Source: a virus (Duplodnaviria; Caudoviricetes). From it: DNA of 57,049 nucleotides. The notes under the pieces are model-generated. The model was not told the origin of the DNA. It did no database searches and saw nothing but the letters and a program-made list of their open reading frames with translations. Positions 35,839-46,973 of this stretch are shown piece by piece (the first letter of the stretch is position 1; each line of letters begins with the position of its first letter). The DNA is taken from IMG/VR virus record IMGVR_UViG_3300025048_000003, positions 1 through 57,049 of that record. One strand, given 5' to 3'. A program made the position numbers and the translations under genes.

Positions 35839-36872
35839 ACGAAGCCTACGAGAATAAAAGAAGGGAGCTTATTAAGTCGATGGATTCTTCTGCGTCTCAA
35901 ACAATGTTTGAAATGCATCAAGCTATGTCTGCTGAGTGGGCGGCAGCGCTTTCGAATAAGATTGACGACTTTGCTGATATGGGGAGCAATGGGGTAAGTA
36001 TGTTTGCTCAGGTGGCCTCTCAGCTGACTCAGTTTATAGATGCTAAAGAAGAGTACTTTAAACAGAATTTTGGTTCTTTCGAGTCAGCTACTCCTTCTTC
36101 TCCTACCTTTATGGGGGCTATGCTAAGGTCTTTTGGTAATGCTTCAAATCCCGCAGAGTTTGATGCTCAAGGAGTAAAGGACGCTAAGGATCAAAACGAT
36201 TACGAATCAGCCCTCAAATCTGTTAATACGGGGTATAGGTTCGGCTCAGTCACTATCGAGCCAGACGGGGTGTTTGTTGTGTTTAAGGGCTTGCCATCTA
36301 ACATATTAGAAGCGCAGGATCCTGAGATGCCATTTGCACCTTCTTTGGTAGAGTTGCCTATTGTAAATGGAGCTGATTTCACTAAGCAAAAAGCCCCAAC
36401 AAAGGTCATGGAAAGTGCTGAGTCCATCAAGTCCTGGATGCAAGGACAGCTTAGCGAAAACCCAGAAGCTTTAAAGAATTCAGTTAGAAACTATCTAGCG
36501 ATACAAAAAGAACAAGGAAAGAGTATAACCGAAGAGGAGGTAATGGCTGATGAGCAACACATGGAGGCGGCTAAAATGCTGTACATAGAACAGGCTTCTT
36601 CTTTAGTTACTCCTGAAGAGATGCCAACTCCAGAGAGAAATGAGGAAGGAAGCTCTGTTGCTATCCAAGATGAAGAGGTTTCTGGAATGACCTTCGCTGG
36701 TGGCGGTAGGTTTGAGTTTACCATGAAGGATGGGGCAAAGATGCCCGCTCAGATATTTAGAGACGTTAAAGATATGGATGGCGTGTCCAAATCTGTATTC
36801 TCTAGGTTCGAAGCTAAGTATGGATCTGGAGCTGCAAGAAAATTAGGTTTTCTGCTCAGCAAAGAGGACTGA
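35835..36872 (+). CDS. internal cargo / ejection protein 2
   Basis: 345 aa; synteny only. Confidence 0.5.
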   Translation: MNEAYENKRRELIKSMDSSASQTMFEMHQAMSAEWAAALSNKIDDFADMGSNGVSMFAQVASQLTQFIDAKEEYFKQNFGSFESATPSSPTFMGAMLRSFGNASNPAEFDAQGVKDAKDQNDYESALKSVNTGYRFGSVTIEPDGVFVVFKGLPSNILEAQDPEMPFAPSLVELPIVNGADFTKQKAPTKVMESAESIKSWMQGQLSENPEALKNSVRNYLAIQKEQGKSITEEEVMADEQHMEAAKMLYIEQASSLVTPEEMPTPERNEEGSSVAIQDEEVSGMTFAGGGRFEFTMKDGAKMPAQIFRDVKDMDGVSKSVFSRFEAKYGSGAARKLGFLLSKED

Positions 36873-36907
36873 CCAAATTTGGTTATCTTTGTTGAAAATG
36901 ATCACCT

Positions 36908-39900
36908 ATGAGTCAAGAGTTTGAAAGCAGGGTAAACGAATTGGTTGTAGCACGGAATCTACCTTACAACGAAGCTGCTGAAATCGTAACCAGGGAGTTA
37001 GCTGAAGAAGGGGTTGAAGAAACCCAAAAAAAAAAGGATACAAATTCCGAGCCTTCGGGTGGGAAGTTCAGCTCTGTAGAACAGCCTAGCCTTCCCTTGA
37101 CTGCGTGGCAGGTCAATCAAATTTCCGAAAACCCTGAGTTTGAAGAGGATATCATAAACACCTCAAGGACCGCAGCTGATCAGTCCGAGGTGGACTCGTT
37201 AAACGCTGAGTATCAAGCGCGTGTAGATAAATACAACTCAGAGTTTAATACTGAGGCAACCAAGCTTATAGACGTACTGAGCGAAACTCAAGATGAGGGG
37301 TATGATGATATTTACAGTAGGTTTCAGGAAGAGACTGGAGTGTCTCTTGACGAAGATCAGGTCAAAGAGATAACAGCTTTAGCTACAGAAAGAAAAGACA
37401 GCAAGATTGCCCTTGATAGCGCCTACAAGAAGGCTCAGGAAGACTCAAGTTCAACGGGTCGGTTTGATCCACTTCAAGGGTTTTATCGAGAGCTGGGATA
37501 CGATGAGGAAGAGATTGAAGACATAGAGGTAGAGTGGAACGGGGCAAGAACTAGAAACGAAGCTATAAGCTCAGCCTTTGAGTTTTCCCCTAACGTTGAA
37601 TCTTTTACTGAGGATATCAGCGCTTTAAACCTAGACCCAGAAAGAGAACAAGCCTTTGTAGCCTCTTACACAAAAGCTTTTAATCAAGCAGGAGAAGCTA
37701 TATATGAAAGCTCTATTAACTCTCCTGGTAAGCTGTCTAGGAGAGCTAGGGCTTTAGAGAAGCAGGCAAGAAAGATAGAGAGGGATTTGGGTAAGGATAA
37801 TCTAGCTCTTTACAAACAGGGCGAGACATTAGGCGGGGAGGCGACAAAGAAAGGTCAAGAGTATGAGCGACTGATGTTTGAAGCTTCTCAGCTTAGAAAC
37901 AATTTAGAGCAGTCAAGATCTGAAAACAGAAGGGTAAGAGATTTTGCTAAGGCTCATCCAGTTGCGGTTAGATCCGCCTTCTCTTTAATCGCTTCTGCGG
38001 AAAGACAGTTTCTTGAGGGTGCGTCAGAAGAAGTGTTAAGCGGTTTCTATAATGGTAATCTGACTTTCGAAGAGGCCATAGCAACTCAGTTCAACAGAGA
38101 CTACTATGAGTCTCAGGATTCAACTGTGCTTTACCCTAGTGGAGTTTATTTTGAGGGAGAGGATCGCATGGCTTTCGTTCCTGAGGTAACCCCTCTCTCT
38201 GGAGTTACTGACGCTCCTGTGTTCGGAGACCCATACATGTCTGTTGACCCTTTAACTGGTAGAGAGGTTGCTAGCGGTAAAAGAAACTTGACTAACGAGG
38301 AAATAGAAGCGGTAAATAAAAAGAAAGAAGAGTATCTAAAAGAAGAGTTTCAAAAGCTGTCGGAGGGTATGACAGACGAAGAGAAAGCTGAGTTCGAGGA
38401 GATTATTCGTGATAGAAGTGGAATCGCTATGTCTCTTAGAGGGGACGAAAACTTCGGCGGTACTGGGTTTGAATTTACTGGTCATTTGGATTTTATAGGC
38501 GGCCTAGCAGACCTTCCAGGAATTATAGCTTCAGCTCCAGTTCACCTCGGAGCTCATATTGATTATCAGGTTGCTATATCTATGGCAAAAACTGAAGAAG
38601 AAAGAAACGAAATAGAAGAAAACAATAGGTCTATACATGACAGAATTGAGTCTGATTTTGATGCAGGCGGAAAGGAATGGGCGGAGAATTTATCTGCTTT
38701 TGATGTGAGCGGAAAAGGTGCGATGGAAAGCCTTTTCAATGGAGATATATACGGTGGACTTATTAAGGCTACAAATTCAATTGGAGAAATGGCTCCAGAC
38801 ACTGTAGCTGCTATGGGGTTAAGTATGGCTACTGGGGGTGCTGGAGTAGGACTTTTATTCTATACCAACAGCATGGTAAGAACATTCAACTCTGTAAGGG
38901 ATGAGGAGTGGTACAAGAACTCTTCTGGCATGGAGAGAGCTCTTTTTCTAAATGGGATGTCTATTCTTGAGGCCGCCACGGAGAAGGTTGCAACTGCTGC
39001 CCAATTAAGACTATTGACCGCTAAGACTACTAGGGGGTTGGGAGAAACCACCAGGTCTCTTGCGAAAAGAAAAATAACTAACTTTTTTGGAGACGCAGGC
39101 ATAGACACAGGCATGGAGCTAGTAAACACAATAGGTCAGGCTTCTATAGAGTACAAAGCGGGGGGGAGAACAGGCTTTGAGGGCTTTGCTTACGAGTTAG
39201 GGGATGTAGCCCTTTCTAGCTTTGGATTGAGTGGTAGTACCTCATTAGTTGGAGCAGCTAAAAATAAGATCAGCGCATCTCTTTCTTCTAGCGCGGACAT
39301 AAACAACATGGGTGCTACTAGGTTTTTCCGAACAGAAATGGAAAGCATCATCAGCTCTACTGAAGCGAACAGCAAAGAAAGAGAGGTTGCTTTAAATGCA
39401 CTTACTGAAGACATGGGTGTTATAGGCGCTATTCAACTGGACTCGTTTGAGTTTCATCAGTTTATAGGTGATCAGAATGCGGCTGACGGTATTGAGCTTC
39501 TTGACAATTCGCTTGAGTTAGTATCGATAACTAAGCAAATCGAAGCCAGCACATCCAACAAAGAAAAAGAAGCCCTGAGGTTACAGGCGGAAAAGATTGT
39601 AGCTGACAGAACAAAGATTGAAGGTAAGTATATTAATTTGTTTGCCGCTCAAGAAGGTATTATGGAGGGCGCTCAAGTATCCAACAGACTAGAGACATTA
39701 AACGAAAGAGCCTCTATGTTCGAGGCTTACGCAAAAAAACTAGAGAGTCAAAACAACCCTATTCAGGCTGACTCAATGCGTAAAAGAGCCGAGAGGGTAA
39801 GAAACTCTGCTGAGTCCCTTGAGGTTCAAATGGAGCTAAATGAAAAGGTATCTAGCGGGGATGTGTTATCCAGCGAGGGTAGAAACGCCAGTAACATTAC

Positions 39901-42900
39901 CGACAAGATTGTTGAAATGAATGTGGCTCAGGTTGTCGTTGACGCTGAGATAGCTAGCATGCTTGAGAAGAGAGGCTACAAAAAGGTTGAGTACAGTGGA
40001 AGCGGAACAGATCAGTTCTTGATGGTTGATTCTGTTTACCCTGTTGCTTTAGTAAACCCTCAATCTACTTCTTTTGAAGAGGCTCAATCAGAAATAGCAC
40101 TAAACAGAATAGTTGACTCAGGATCCATCAACGAAGAGTTCAGACCTCAGTTGATTTCTGAGCTTGCCAGAATGACTCAAAGAGGAGCTAACGAAACAGA
40201 CTTGTTTAAAAAGGCTTCAGAGTTGCTTAGCGAAGATGAAAAGACCAAGGTTACGGAAATATCAGAAAGAAGATTAGAAGATGTTGAAGACCTAACTAAA
40301 AACCCAGAAGCCGTACTGACCGAAAGTGCTAGTCAATCTCTTGACGTTTTATCTAAGGCCTTCTCTGGAACTCAAGCGAAAGCAATCTCAGACCTAGATC
40401 TGGCAAGAAAAGAGATTGAGCGTATACAGGGGGAAAAGGGCTTGACGCAAGATCAAAAAAATGAGCAAATTGAAAAAGAAAAAAAAGAATACTTAAATGG
40501 ATCAAGCGGGAAAAACGCTCTTTATGTAGAGGGAGAAATACTCCTTACAGAAAGAGCCACATCAAAAGACGTCGTTGAGGAGTATGCTCACGCATTTATT
40601 AAAAATAAAGTACAAGGTGTAGACAACGTTGCAAAGCAATTAAGGTCTGACTTGAATGAAATAATGGAATCGGATCAGGTTCTTGTTGATGCTGTCAATG
40701 AGAAGATGAGGTACTACAGGGAGGAGTTTGGGGCTAGCGACAGAATGCTGGCTGAGGAAAAGTACGTAGAGATTATAGCCGCTTATGTAGCTAATGAGAA
40801 AAGCCTAAAGGCTTCTACTATTGACAGAATGACTCAGTTTTTCGCTAAGCTCTTCCCTTCGTTTACTGAGAGTGGAGGTAGCTCTAGGGCAGTTCTAGAT
40901 AAGCTGTCTAAAAGCCTGAGAGACGGAAACAGTCAGGATATATCCAGTCAATTTGAAGAGTTGTTTAAGCTTGATCCTAGCGAGCAATCTAAAGTAGACG
41001 AAGCCCAGCAAGTTCCTGTTTCTGATCAAACAGCTTACAGTGCTAATAGAAGGCCTACTTTTCTAGACAACAAGAAGGTTACATACTACAAGTCATACGC
41101 TTCCAACTACGACTCTACCTCTCGGACTTACGGGGCTCCGCAGTCATACACGTTTAACGACTATTTTCACTTTGCCAATTGGTATAGAAAGATGACTGGT
41201 AATGGTGCTTACACTAGGATCGGTCAAATGACATACGTGGATGATTCGGGTAACGTAAAAACATTAAACCCACCAAAGCAGCTGCTTGACAGAAACACTG
41301 GGGCTCCAGTAGTCATACAGCCAGCCATGAAGAGTATGTATCAGACCTCTCTCGACAGAAAGAACGCCCAAGCCAATGAAAAGAACGAAAGAAGGCTTTC
41401 AGCTATTAAGGCAGTGCAGCTAGCAAAGGAACAGCTTTGGGAGGTAATGAGGCGAACTGATCCTGGAATAGGAGGCGGTAACGCAAACTCAATAATTGAT
41501 TCCCTTATGTCTGATTTCACACCAGAAGGCGTGAATAGCGAGACAAAGACAAATAGATTCGGTGACCCAATAAAAGAAAATGTAAAAGGATCTCCTGAAT
41601 ATCATGAGGCTCTTCTCGATAGGGTAAACGATTACGTACAAGAGAACTACGCTGGTGAGTCTATTCTGTATTCAGCTGCTTTTAGAAGGTCTCTTTCAGA
41701 AGCTTCTGACATGAAGCCTGCTCAAAAAAGAAAGCTTCTAGAAGACGGACTAAGAAGAACTAAAGACTTACTAGATCCAGAAACTTTAGCACAGATTAAT
41801 CTTTATATGGATCAAGCTGGTGAGGGTAAAATAGGTAGCGGAGTTCCAGCTCACTTAATGCAACAGATGTATTTTGCTATGTTGATTCAGGAAACTCAAA
41901 TGGAGTTAATTCTGAACGGCAACGATCTGACAAAAAACAAAGAGGATATGTCTCTGATGAGCGAGGTTGTCGCTAAAGAGTTGATGTTTGTAGATGATTT
42001 TCTAAATAAAAACCCAAGAAACTTTTATAAGAATTTCTACAAGCAGGTAAACTCCACTAAGAATAAAGACGGATCATACAGTGATCCCTTAGCTATACAG
42101 ACTGTAGGGAAGTCTCAAGACTCTGACGGTAACTTTACCGTAGATAACCCTCAGAAGCTAGAGCTGGCCAGAAAGCACAAAGACTTGTTTATTGCTATAG
42201 TCGCTGTAACGTCAAACGGAAACAGGGCTGTTCCTAATCTGTCAGAAAGTCTAAGAATTTATTCTGCTGTTCTTGAAGATCTGTTGCAAACACCTGGCAA
42301 AAACCCATCTAAAGTAGACTTCGCTAGAACAAAGCTGTTGATCGAATCTATAACTAGCCAGGGTCTTAAAGCTTCTCAATTTAACGGCCAAAGAAGTGCT
42401 GTTCCTATAGCTGTTGGGTTAAAGAACCTCCTAAACATTGACGGAATATCAAATGGACTTCCTCATTACAGGTTTGAATCTCCTACAACCTTTAAGAGAA
42501 ACGCATTAAAAAAGACGGGAGACAATCGGATCAGTATTCAGGATTCTTTAGGGAACTGGTCTAAGGTAGGCGCTTTTATGAGCAATCTATATCAAGACCA
42601 ATCTGTATTGACTCAAGACAGGCACTTGGTTAACTATCTAGACTCTAGGTATAGACCCTCTGAGGTTGTTAGTTTTCAAGTAGGCGACGTTCTTTCTGTG
42701 TTAAGGGAATTTGAGTATGGAAGAATAGATGCGGTTCAAAAAGAGTGGATGATAAGAACAGCTGATGGATCCACCGTATATGATTTAAAGAAGGTTGCTA
42801 AATGGGTTAAGGACAACATGGGCTCAAAGTCTACCAGGTCTGACGGAACGGTAGTATGCACGGGGGACAACTTAAAAAAAGAATTAAGATATTTATACGA

Positions 42901-45900
42901 CAATCGCATGACTCAAAAGGGGTCAGCTGGAAATCTCTTTGATGGTAACATTGAGGTGGTTGATTCTATTGTTGAACAACTTAGAAGGAAACCAGGGTAT
43001 AAATCTGTAACGAGAAGCGAGGTTATGCAGATGATCTTTGCAGCTAATCATGTACTTCCTCGGGCTGTGGGTGTTGCAAACAGAATCTATGATGATTTCT
43101 CTCAAGAGACATTTGAAAAAGCAATAGAAAAGCTTGAGTCATCTGCTGTTCAGCAAGGCACTCCAGCTGAAATGCTTAGCCGATTCACGAAAATACCTGA
43201 GATAGAAAACGACTTTAAGGGAAAGCCTGACTCTGAAAAGCTTCAAGCATATATAGATAGAGCAGACCTAAGTGAAGGCATGGGTCAGTTCATGAAAGGA
43301 GAAAACACTGAGGCTGTAATGTTCTCGGCAAAGAAAGTTCTCGATCTATCAGCGCACCCACAAAGCAGATCTTACAATCTGCCTGGAGTCTTTAAGGGTA
43401 GAAGCGTGAAGTCTATGCAGAACGTGAAGTTTGGTACTGGAAAGATTGACATCAACAAACTACTAGAAGGGAGAGCTTCAGAGGTTAACATAAAAGGGAA
43501 GGTATCTGAAGACAAACCATCAGATCAGTTTGATGAATTTGTTGAAGGGGTAGTATTTATGAGGCATCCTCTTCACGGAGACTCCTTTGTTGATTCTTAC
43601 GGTAATATCATCAAGAGTGCTGAGCAGGTGTATATGTCAGGTGATGTCATCATCGCTTCTGGGAAAGTTAGATATGCTGGAAACTCTATTGAGAGAGGCA
43701 AGAAGTCAGAGAACATAGTGATAGAAAACCCAGAGCATTTCCGAGCGTTTAATAACTTCATGTCTATCATGAAGCAGAGAAACCAGTCTCTAGCCAACGA
43801 GTCTACTGAAATGTTCGAAATGGCTTACAAGTCATTGACAGCCAAGGATCGAGCAAGGTTTGCCAACCTAACCATAGACGAGCACGGTAACGTAATAAAA
43901 GGGAGAAGACTTAGGGGTACATCTAAACGCCTTGCAAACTCTTCTGAGTTCGGAAGATTCAAAAATGAAATTGTAAGTAATCCAGAAAACTATATTGACA
44001 GACAGAGCATTGCAAACGAAAAGAAAAACTTAGAAGATCTTAGCGCTCAAGAGCTCGTTAGTTTGATGAGGGGCGACGCTTTGGATAATTTAGCGACAAG
44101 AAACGACGATGTTGGTGTCCTAGCAGGAGTCGAACTAATAAACAGGATGCAAGAAACAGGCAATGACATAGGCATTGCTGGAGTTCTGGATAGGTTGTCT
44201 GCGGTTGGAACAACAGCTGGTAGAATTCTCAGACACATGGCTGAACTGAAGACAAGCAGTCCTCAGGGAATGGCAAGTGTGATAATTAAAAAAGCAGAAG
44301 CGCAGGGTAAGATTCTTTCTGAAGAGCAAAAGAACAAAATCCTTGAAGCCACCAAAACATACATGGCAGCTTACAAGAAAGCTCAAGACTTGCTGGAAAG
44401 AGGAATAGCTGGAGAGGACGTAGAAGCTGAGTTTAAAAAAGCGAAGAAAGACTTAAACGAAACTCAGTCTAAGCTTGATACTCTGGCTAATATGTATACG
44501 GAAAAAAGCTGGTCCGAGATAGGCACTCAACTCGTTCAGGGTAACTTGCTTACTATGATGTCTCAGTCTAGGAACGTGGTTTACAACCTAGCAAACGTAA
44601 TACCGAAGACTGTAATTGATATTATGTCGATGCCTACTTCCAAGGCTTTTGAGCTCATGGGCTTACATAAAGAAAAGAGAAAGCTGTCTCTTGCTGGGTA
44701 CTTGTACGCTTTAAGAAAGTTTGGGTCTGGATCCGTGGAGGCTATGGAGCAGGTGATTACGGGCAGGGAAGAAGACATGTCTGAGTGGAGGATGAGTAGA
44801 GGGTTCATGCCTATTAGATCATTGATGGCTGCTATGTCAAGCGACCTTCCAGAGGGCGTTACTCTCAGGAATGAAGTCAATCAAAGGGCTAAGCTTTTAG
44901 TTCAGGGTACTTTTGGAATTCCTGCCGAAGCCATGTTCAGGCTCTTAAGCTTGGGTGATGTTCCTTTCAGAAGGTTTGCCGAGGGACTGGAGCTTTACAG
45001 TCTGGCAAAAGCAAAAGGTCTTGAAGGTGATGCGCTTGCTCAGTTCTTAAAGTTTCCAGATAAAGCTAGCGCAGAGCAAGGGGCAACCGAGGGTAGAAAG
45101 CTAACCTTCCAGGAACCTATGGGTCTTGCGAGAGGGAGTATGTGGATCATTGATAACATCTCAAAAGGAATGGGTGAAGCATTTAAGAACGTTAAAGGCT
45201 TTGATGCTGAAGGGTTCTTTAAGTATCTCATTAGGCTTAACGTTCCTTATGTTTCTACGATAGCAAACTTTACCGAAGAGACTCTTACTTATGCTTCTCC
45301 AGTAGTTGGAATTGGAAAGATGGGTATTCAAATGGGTAACAAAGATTACACAGAGGCATCTAAAACGCTGAGTAAGGTCATGGTTGGACAGGCGATAAGC
45401 ACGACAGCTTTGCATCTCATCTCTCAGGGTCTTCTAAGCGGAAGTGTAGACTGGGAGGATGATGAAAAAACAAACCTCATGTACGATACATTCCCGCCAA
45501 ACAGCATAAACGTTGACGGGTTAAGAAGAATGCTAGAGGGTGGTGATCCTGCTCCGCAGGCTGGTGATGAGTTTAGATCCTATCAGACGCTTGGGGTTTT
45601 CGGAACTATAATGGGTGCTTACGCTCACTCTACTTCTCCAGAAGCTGCAAAAGAAATGGCTGAACAACCCTTTAGCAGCAACAACGTACTAAAGAAAGTG
45701 TTCGGATTCGATAATGTATCAGTGATGGCGTATATGATGGATCAAAGCTTCCTTCAGGGACTGAACGGAATTACAAGTGTAATCTCAAGCACTAAGGATC
45801 CTGAGGATTTTGAAAGGGCTTTCTTTAGATACGCAGAAACAATATCTAAAGCTTTCTCTTCTATGTTCCTGCCTAACGTGCTGAGCGGAATTGATCAGTC

Positions 45901-46558
45901 AAGCAGGGAGTTTATGCCAGACAAACGAGATGTAGATCTAGCAGACAGAATAAAAAACCACGTAAGGGAAAGGACTTTCGACACTGGCGGACTTCCAGTA
46001 AAAGTGAATTGGAAAGGTGAGAGAATTGATCAGGCTCCTGTTGGTGGAAATCAGTTTTCGTACTATATGTTCGACGCAACAAAAAAACGAGAAGCCTCAC
46101 AGGATGAAACTTCTATAGAGATATTAAACCTATACCTAAGGACTGGAGTATTAACGAAGGCTGTTGGAACGCCTTATTATGCCTCTTCTGTGTATAGAAA
46201 AATACGTAAACCTTCGGTTCGTAGAGGCAAGGCTAAAAAAGCTTATCAAGCCTTAGGGGTTAATTACAGCTTTTTAGAAAGCCCAGAAGAAGACTTTAAC
46301 ATTAAGCTTACCGCTGAGGAAGTAAATAAAGCTCTTGAAATGAGCAATGTACCGAGGTACAATGAGATTAAGAATTTTATGCAAACAGAAGACTATCAAG
46401 CTATGACAGACGTCGAGAAGATAGAGTCTCTTGATGATATCAACAATAGATACAAGTCTCTTCTATCGTATAACCCAGACGGTTCGTTTATGGAGCACAG
46501 TAAATATATATTGGACTTAATGGAGTCAAGATATCTAGAGCAGTATGGACAAAATTAA
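36908..46558 (+). CDS. giant (3216 aa) virion cargo / polyvalent protein
   Basis: Size and position; zincin-like EEYAH...EE motif; TSNG...K.G.F..NL...LT.DRH segment; hydrophobic G/A-rich stretch. Confidence 0.75.
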   Translation: MSQEFESRVNELVVARNLPYNEAAEIVTRELAEEGVEETQKKKDTNSEPSGGKFSSVEQPSLPLTAWQVNQISENPEFEEDIINTSRTAADQSEVDSLNAEYQARVDKYNSEFNTEATKLIDVLSETQDEGYDDIYSRFQEETGVSLDEDQVKEITALATERKDSKIALDSAYKKAQEDSSSTGRFDPLQGFYRELGYDEEEIEDIEVEWNGARTRNEAISSAFEFSPNVESFTEDISALNLDPEREQAFVASYTKAFNQAGEAIYESSINSPGKLSRRARALEKQARKIERDLGKDNLALYKQGETLGGEATKKGQEYERLMFEASQLRNNLEQSRSENRRVRDFAKAHPVAVRSAFSLIASAERQFLEGASEEVLSGFYNGNLTFEEAIATQFNRDYYESQDSTVLYPSGVYFEGEDRMAFVPEVTPLSGVTDAPVFGDPYMSVDPLTGREVASGKRNLTNEEIEAVNKKKEEYLKEEFQKLSEGMTDEEKAEFEEIIRDRSGIAMSLRGDENFGGTGFEFTGHLDFIGGLADLPGIIASAPVHLGAHIDYQVAISMAKTEEERNEIEENNRSIHDRIESDFDAGGKEWAENLSAFDVSGKGAMESLFNGDIYGGLIKATNSIGEMAPDTVAAMGLSMATGGAGVGLLFYTNSMVRTFNSVRDEEWYKNSSGMERALFLNGMSILEAATEKVATAAQLRLLTAKTTRGLGETTRSLAKRKITNFFGDAGIDTGMELVNTIGQASIEYKAGGRTGFEGFAYELGDVALSSFGLSGSTSLVGAAKNKISASLSSSADINNMGATRFFRTEMESIISSTEANSKEREVALNALTEDMGVIGAIQLDSFEFHQFIGDQNAADGIELLDNSLELVSITKQIEASTSNKEKEALRLQAEKIVADRTKIEGKYINLFAAQEGIMEGAQVSNRLETLNERASMFEAYAKKLESQNNPIQADSMRKRAERVRNSAESLEVQMELNEKVSSGDVLSSEGRNASNITDKIVEMNVAQVVVDAEIASMLEKRGYKKVEYSGSGTDQFLMVDSVYPVALVNPQSTSFEEAQSEIALNRIVDSGSINEEFRPQLISELARMTQRGANETDLFKKASELLSEDEKTKVTEISERRLEDVEDLTKNPEAVLTESASQSLDVLSKAFSGTQAKAISDLDLARKEIERIQGEKGLTQDQKNEQIEKEKKEYLNGSSGKNALYVEGEILLTERATSKDVVEEYAHAFIKNKVQGVDNVAKQLRSDLNEIMESDQVLVDAVNEKMRYYREEFGASDRMLAEEKYVEIIAAYVANEKSLKASTIDRMTQFFAKLFPSFTESGGSSRAVLDKLSKSLRDGNSQDISSQFEELFKLDPSEQSKVDEAQQVPVSDQTAYSANRRPTFLDNKKVTYYKSYASNYDSTSRTYGAPQSYTFNDYFHFANWYRKMTGNGAYTRIGQMTYVDDSGNVKTLNPPKQLLDRNTGAPVVIQPAMKSMYQTSLDRKNAQANEKNERRLSAIKAVQLAKEQLWEVMRRTDPGIGGGNANSIIDSLMSDFTPEGVNSETKTNRFGDPIKENVKGSPEYHEALLDRVNDYVQENYAGESILYSAAFRRSLSEASDMKPAQKRKLLEDGLRRTKDLLDPETLAQINLYMDQAGEGKIGSGVPAHLMQQMYFAMLIQETQMELILNGNDLTKNKEDMSLMSEVVAKELMFVDDFLNKNPRNFYKNFYKQVNSTKNKDGSYSDPLAIQTVGKSQDSDGNFTVDNPQKLELARKHKDLFIAIVAVTSNGNRAVPNLSESLRIYSAVLEDLLQTPGKNPSKVDFARTKLLIESITSQGLKASQFNGQRSAVPIAVGLKNLLNIDGISNGLPHYRFESPTTFKRNALKKTGDNRISIQDSLGNWSKVGAFMSNLYQDQSVLTQDRHLVNYLDSRYRPSEVVSFQVGDVLSVLREFEYGRIDAVQKEWMIRTADGSTVYDLKKVAKWVKDNMGSKSTRSDGTVVCTGDNLKKELRYLYDNRMTQKGSAGNLFDGNIEVVDSIVEQLRRKPGYKSVTRSEVMQMIFAANHVLPRAVGVANRIYDDFSQETFEKAIEKLESSAVQQGTPAEMLSRFTKIPEIENDFKGKPDSEKLQAYIDRADLSEGMGQFMKGENTEAVMFSAKKVLDLSAHPQSRSYNLPGVFKGRSVKSMQNVKFGTGKIDINKLLEGRASEVNIKGKVSEDKPSDQFDEFVEGVVFMRHPLHGDSFVDSYGNIIKSAEQVYMSGDVIIASGKVRYAGNSIERGKKSENIVIENPEHFRAFNNFMSIMKQRNQSLANESTEMFEMAYKSLTAKDRARFANLTIDEHGNVIKGRRLRGTSKRLANSSEFGRFKNEIVSNPENYIDRQSIANEKKNLEDLSAQELVSLMRGDALDNLATRNDDVGVLAGVELINRMQETGNDIGIAGVLDRLSAVGTTAGRILRHMAELKTSSPQGMASVIIKKAEAQGKILSEEQKNKILEATKTYMAAYKKAQDLLERGIAGEDVEAEFKKAKKDLNETQSKLDTLANMYTEKSWSEIGTQLVQGNLLTMMSQSRNVVYNLANVIPKTVIDIMSMPTSKAFELMGLHKEKRKLSLAGYLYALRKFGSGSVEAMEQVITGREEDMSEWRMSRGFMPIRSLMAAMSSDLPEGVTLRNEVNQRAKLLVQGTFGIPAEAMFRLLSLGDVPFRRFAEGLELYSLAKAKGLEGDALAQFLKFPDKASAEQGATEGRKLTFQEPMGLARGSMWIIDNISKGMGEAFKNVKGFDAEGFFKYLIRLNVPYVSTIANFTEETLTYASPVVGIGKMGIQMGNKDYTEASKTLSKVMVGQAISTTALHLISQGLLSGSVDWEDDEKTNLMYDTFPPNSINVDGLRRMLEGGDPAPQAGDEFRSYQTLGVFGTIMGAYAHSTSPEAAKEMAEQPFSSNNVLKKVFGFDNVSVMAYMMDQSFLQGLNGITSVISSTKDPEDFERAFFRYAETISKAFSSMFLPNVLSGIDQSSREFMPDKRDVDLADRIKNHVRERTFDTGGLPVKVNWKGERIDQAPVGGNQFSYYMFDATKKREASQDETSIEILNLYLRTGVLTKAVGTPYYASSVYRKIRKPSVRRGKAKKAYQALGVNYSFLESPEEDFNIKLTAEEVNKALEMSNVPRYNEIKNFMQTEDYQAMTDVEKIESLDDINNRYKSLLSYNPDGSFMEHSKYILDLMESRYLEQYGQN

Positions 46559-46973
46559 AGACACTAAGCTAGGAGCTTGGCTAAAGACTAAGGCTCCTGG
46601 CGTACTTGACACAGTGGGCGACCTTCTTCCAGATAGGGGAGGGCTCGGCATTGTAAAAAACCTACTCAAGAAGGAATCAGGTATTGATCCAGCCGAAGCA
46701 AAGGCTAAGGTAGACGCAGAGGTTCAGTTCCAGAAGAACGTAACAGAGCGTTGGCAAGCAGACATGAGCAGCGACATTAAGCTAGCGAAGCTTATCAGAC
46801 CTGTAATGTTGATTGTATTAATAGTCGTTTTTGTAACAACCATGTTTCTTGATAGCCTTGATAATCAGCCATTTAACGTAAAAGATAGTTACGTATCTTT
46901 ACTTGAAATATTAATGTTAACCGTATTCGGAGCCTACTTCGCTGGTAGGACCGTAGAAAAAACCAGGAAGTAA
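46545..46973 (+). CDS. putative holin (3TM, GTA-holin-like)
   Basis: RW.ADM.SD..L.K.IRP, two C-terminal hydrophobic helices and YF.GR..EK. Confidence 0.7.
   Translation: MDKIKDTKLGAWLKTKAPGVLDTVGDLLPDRGGLGIVKNLLKKESGIDPAEAKAKVDAEVQFQKNVTERWQADMSSDIKLAKLIRPVMLIVLIVVFVTTMFLDSLDNQPFNVKDSYVSLLEILMLTVFGAYFAGRTVEKTRK

Noticed and set aside
36908-46558. Giant protein as a virion RNA polymerase
   Set aside because: No DxDxD catalytic loop or T7/N4-type motifs were recognised. A structure search is needed to exclude it fully.
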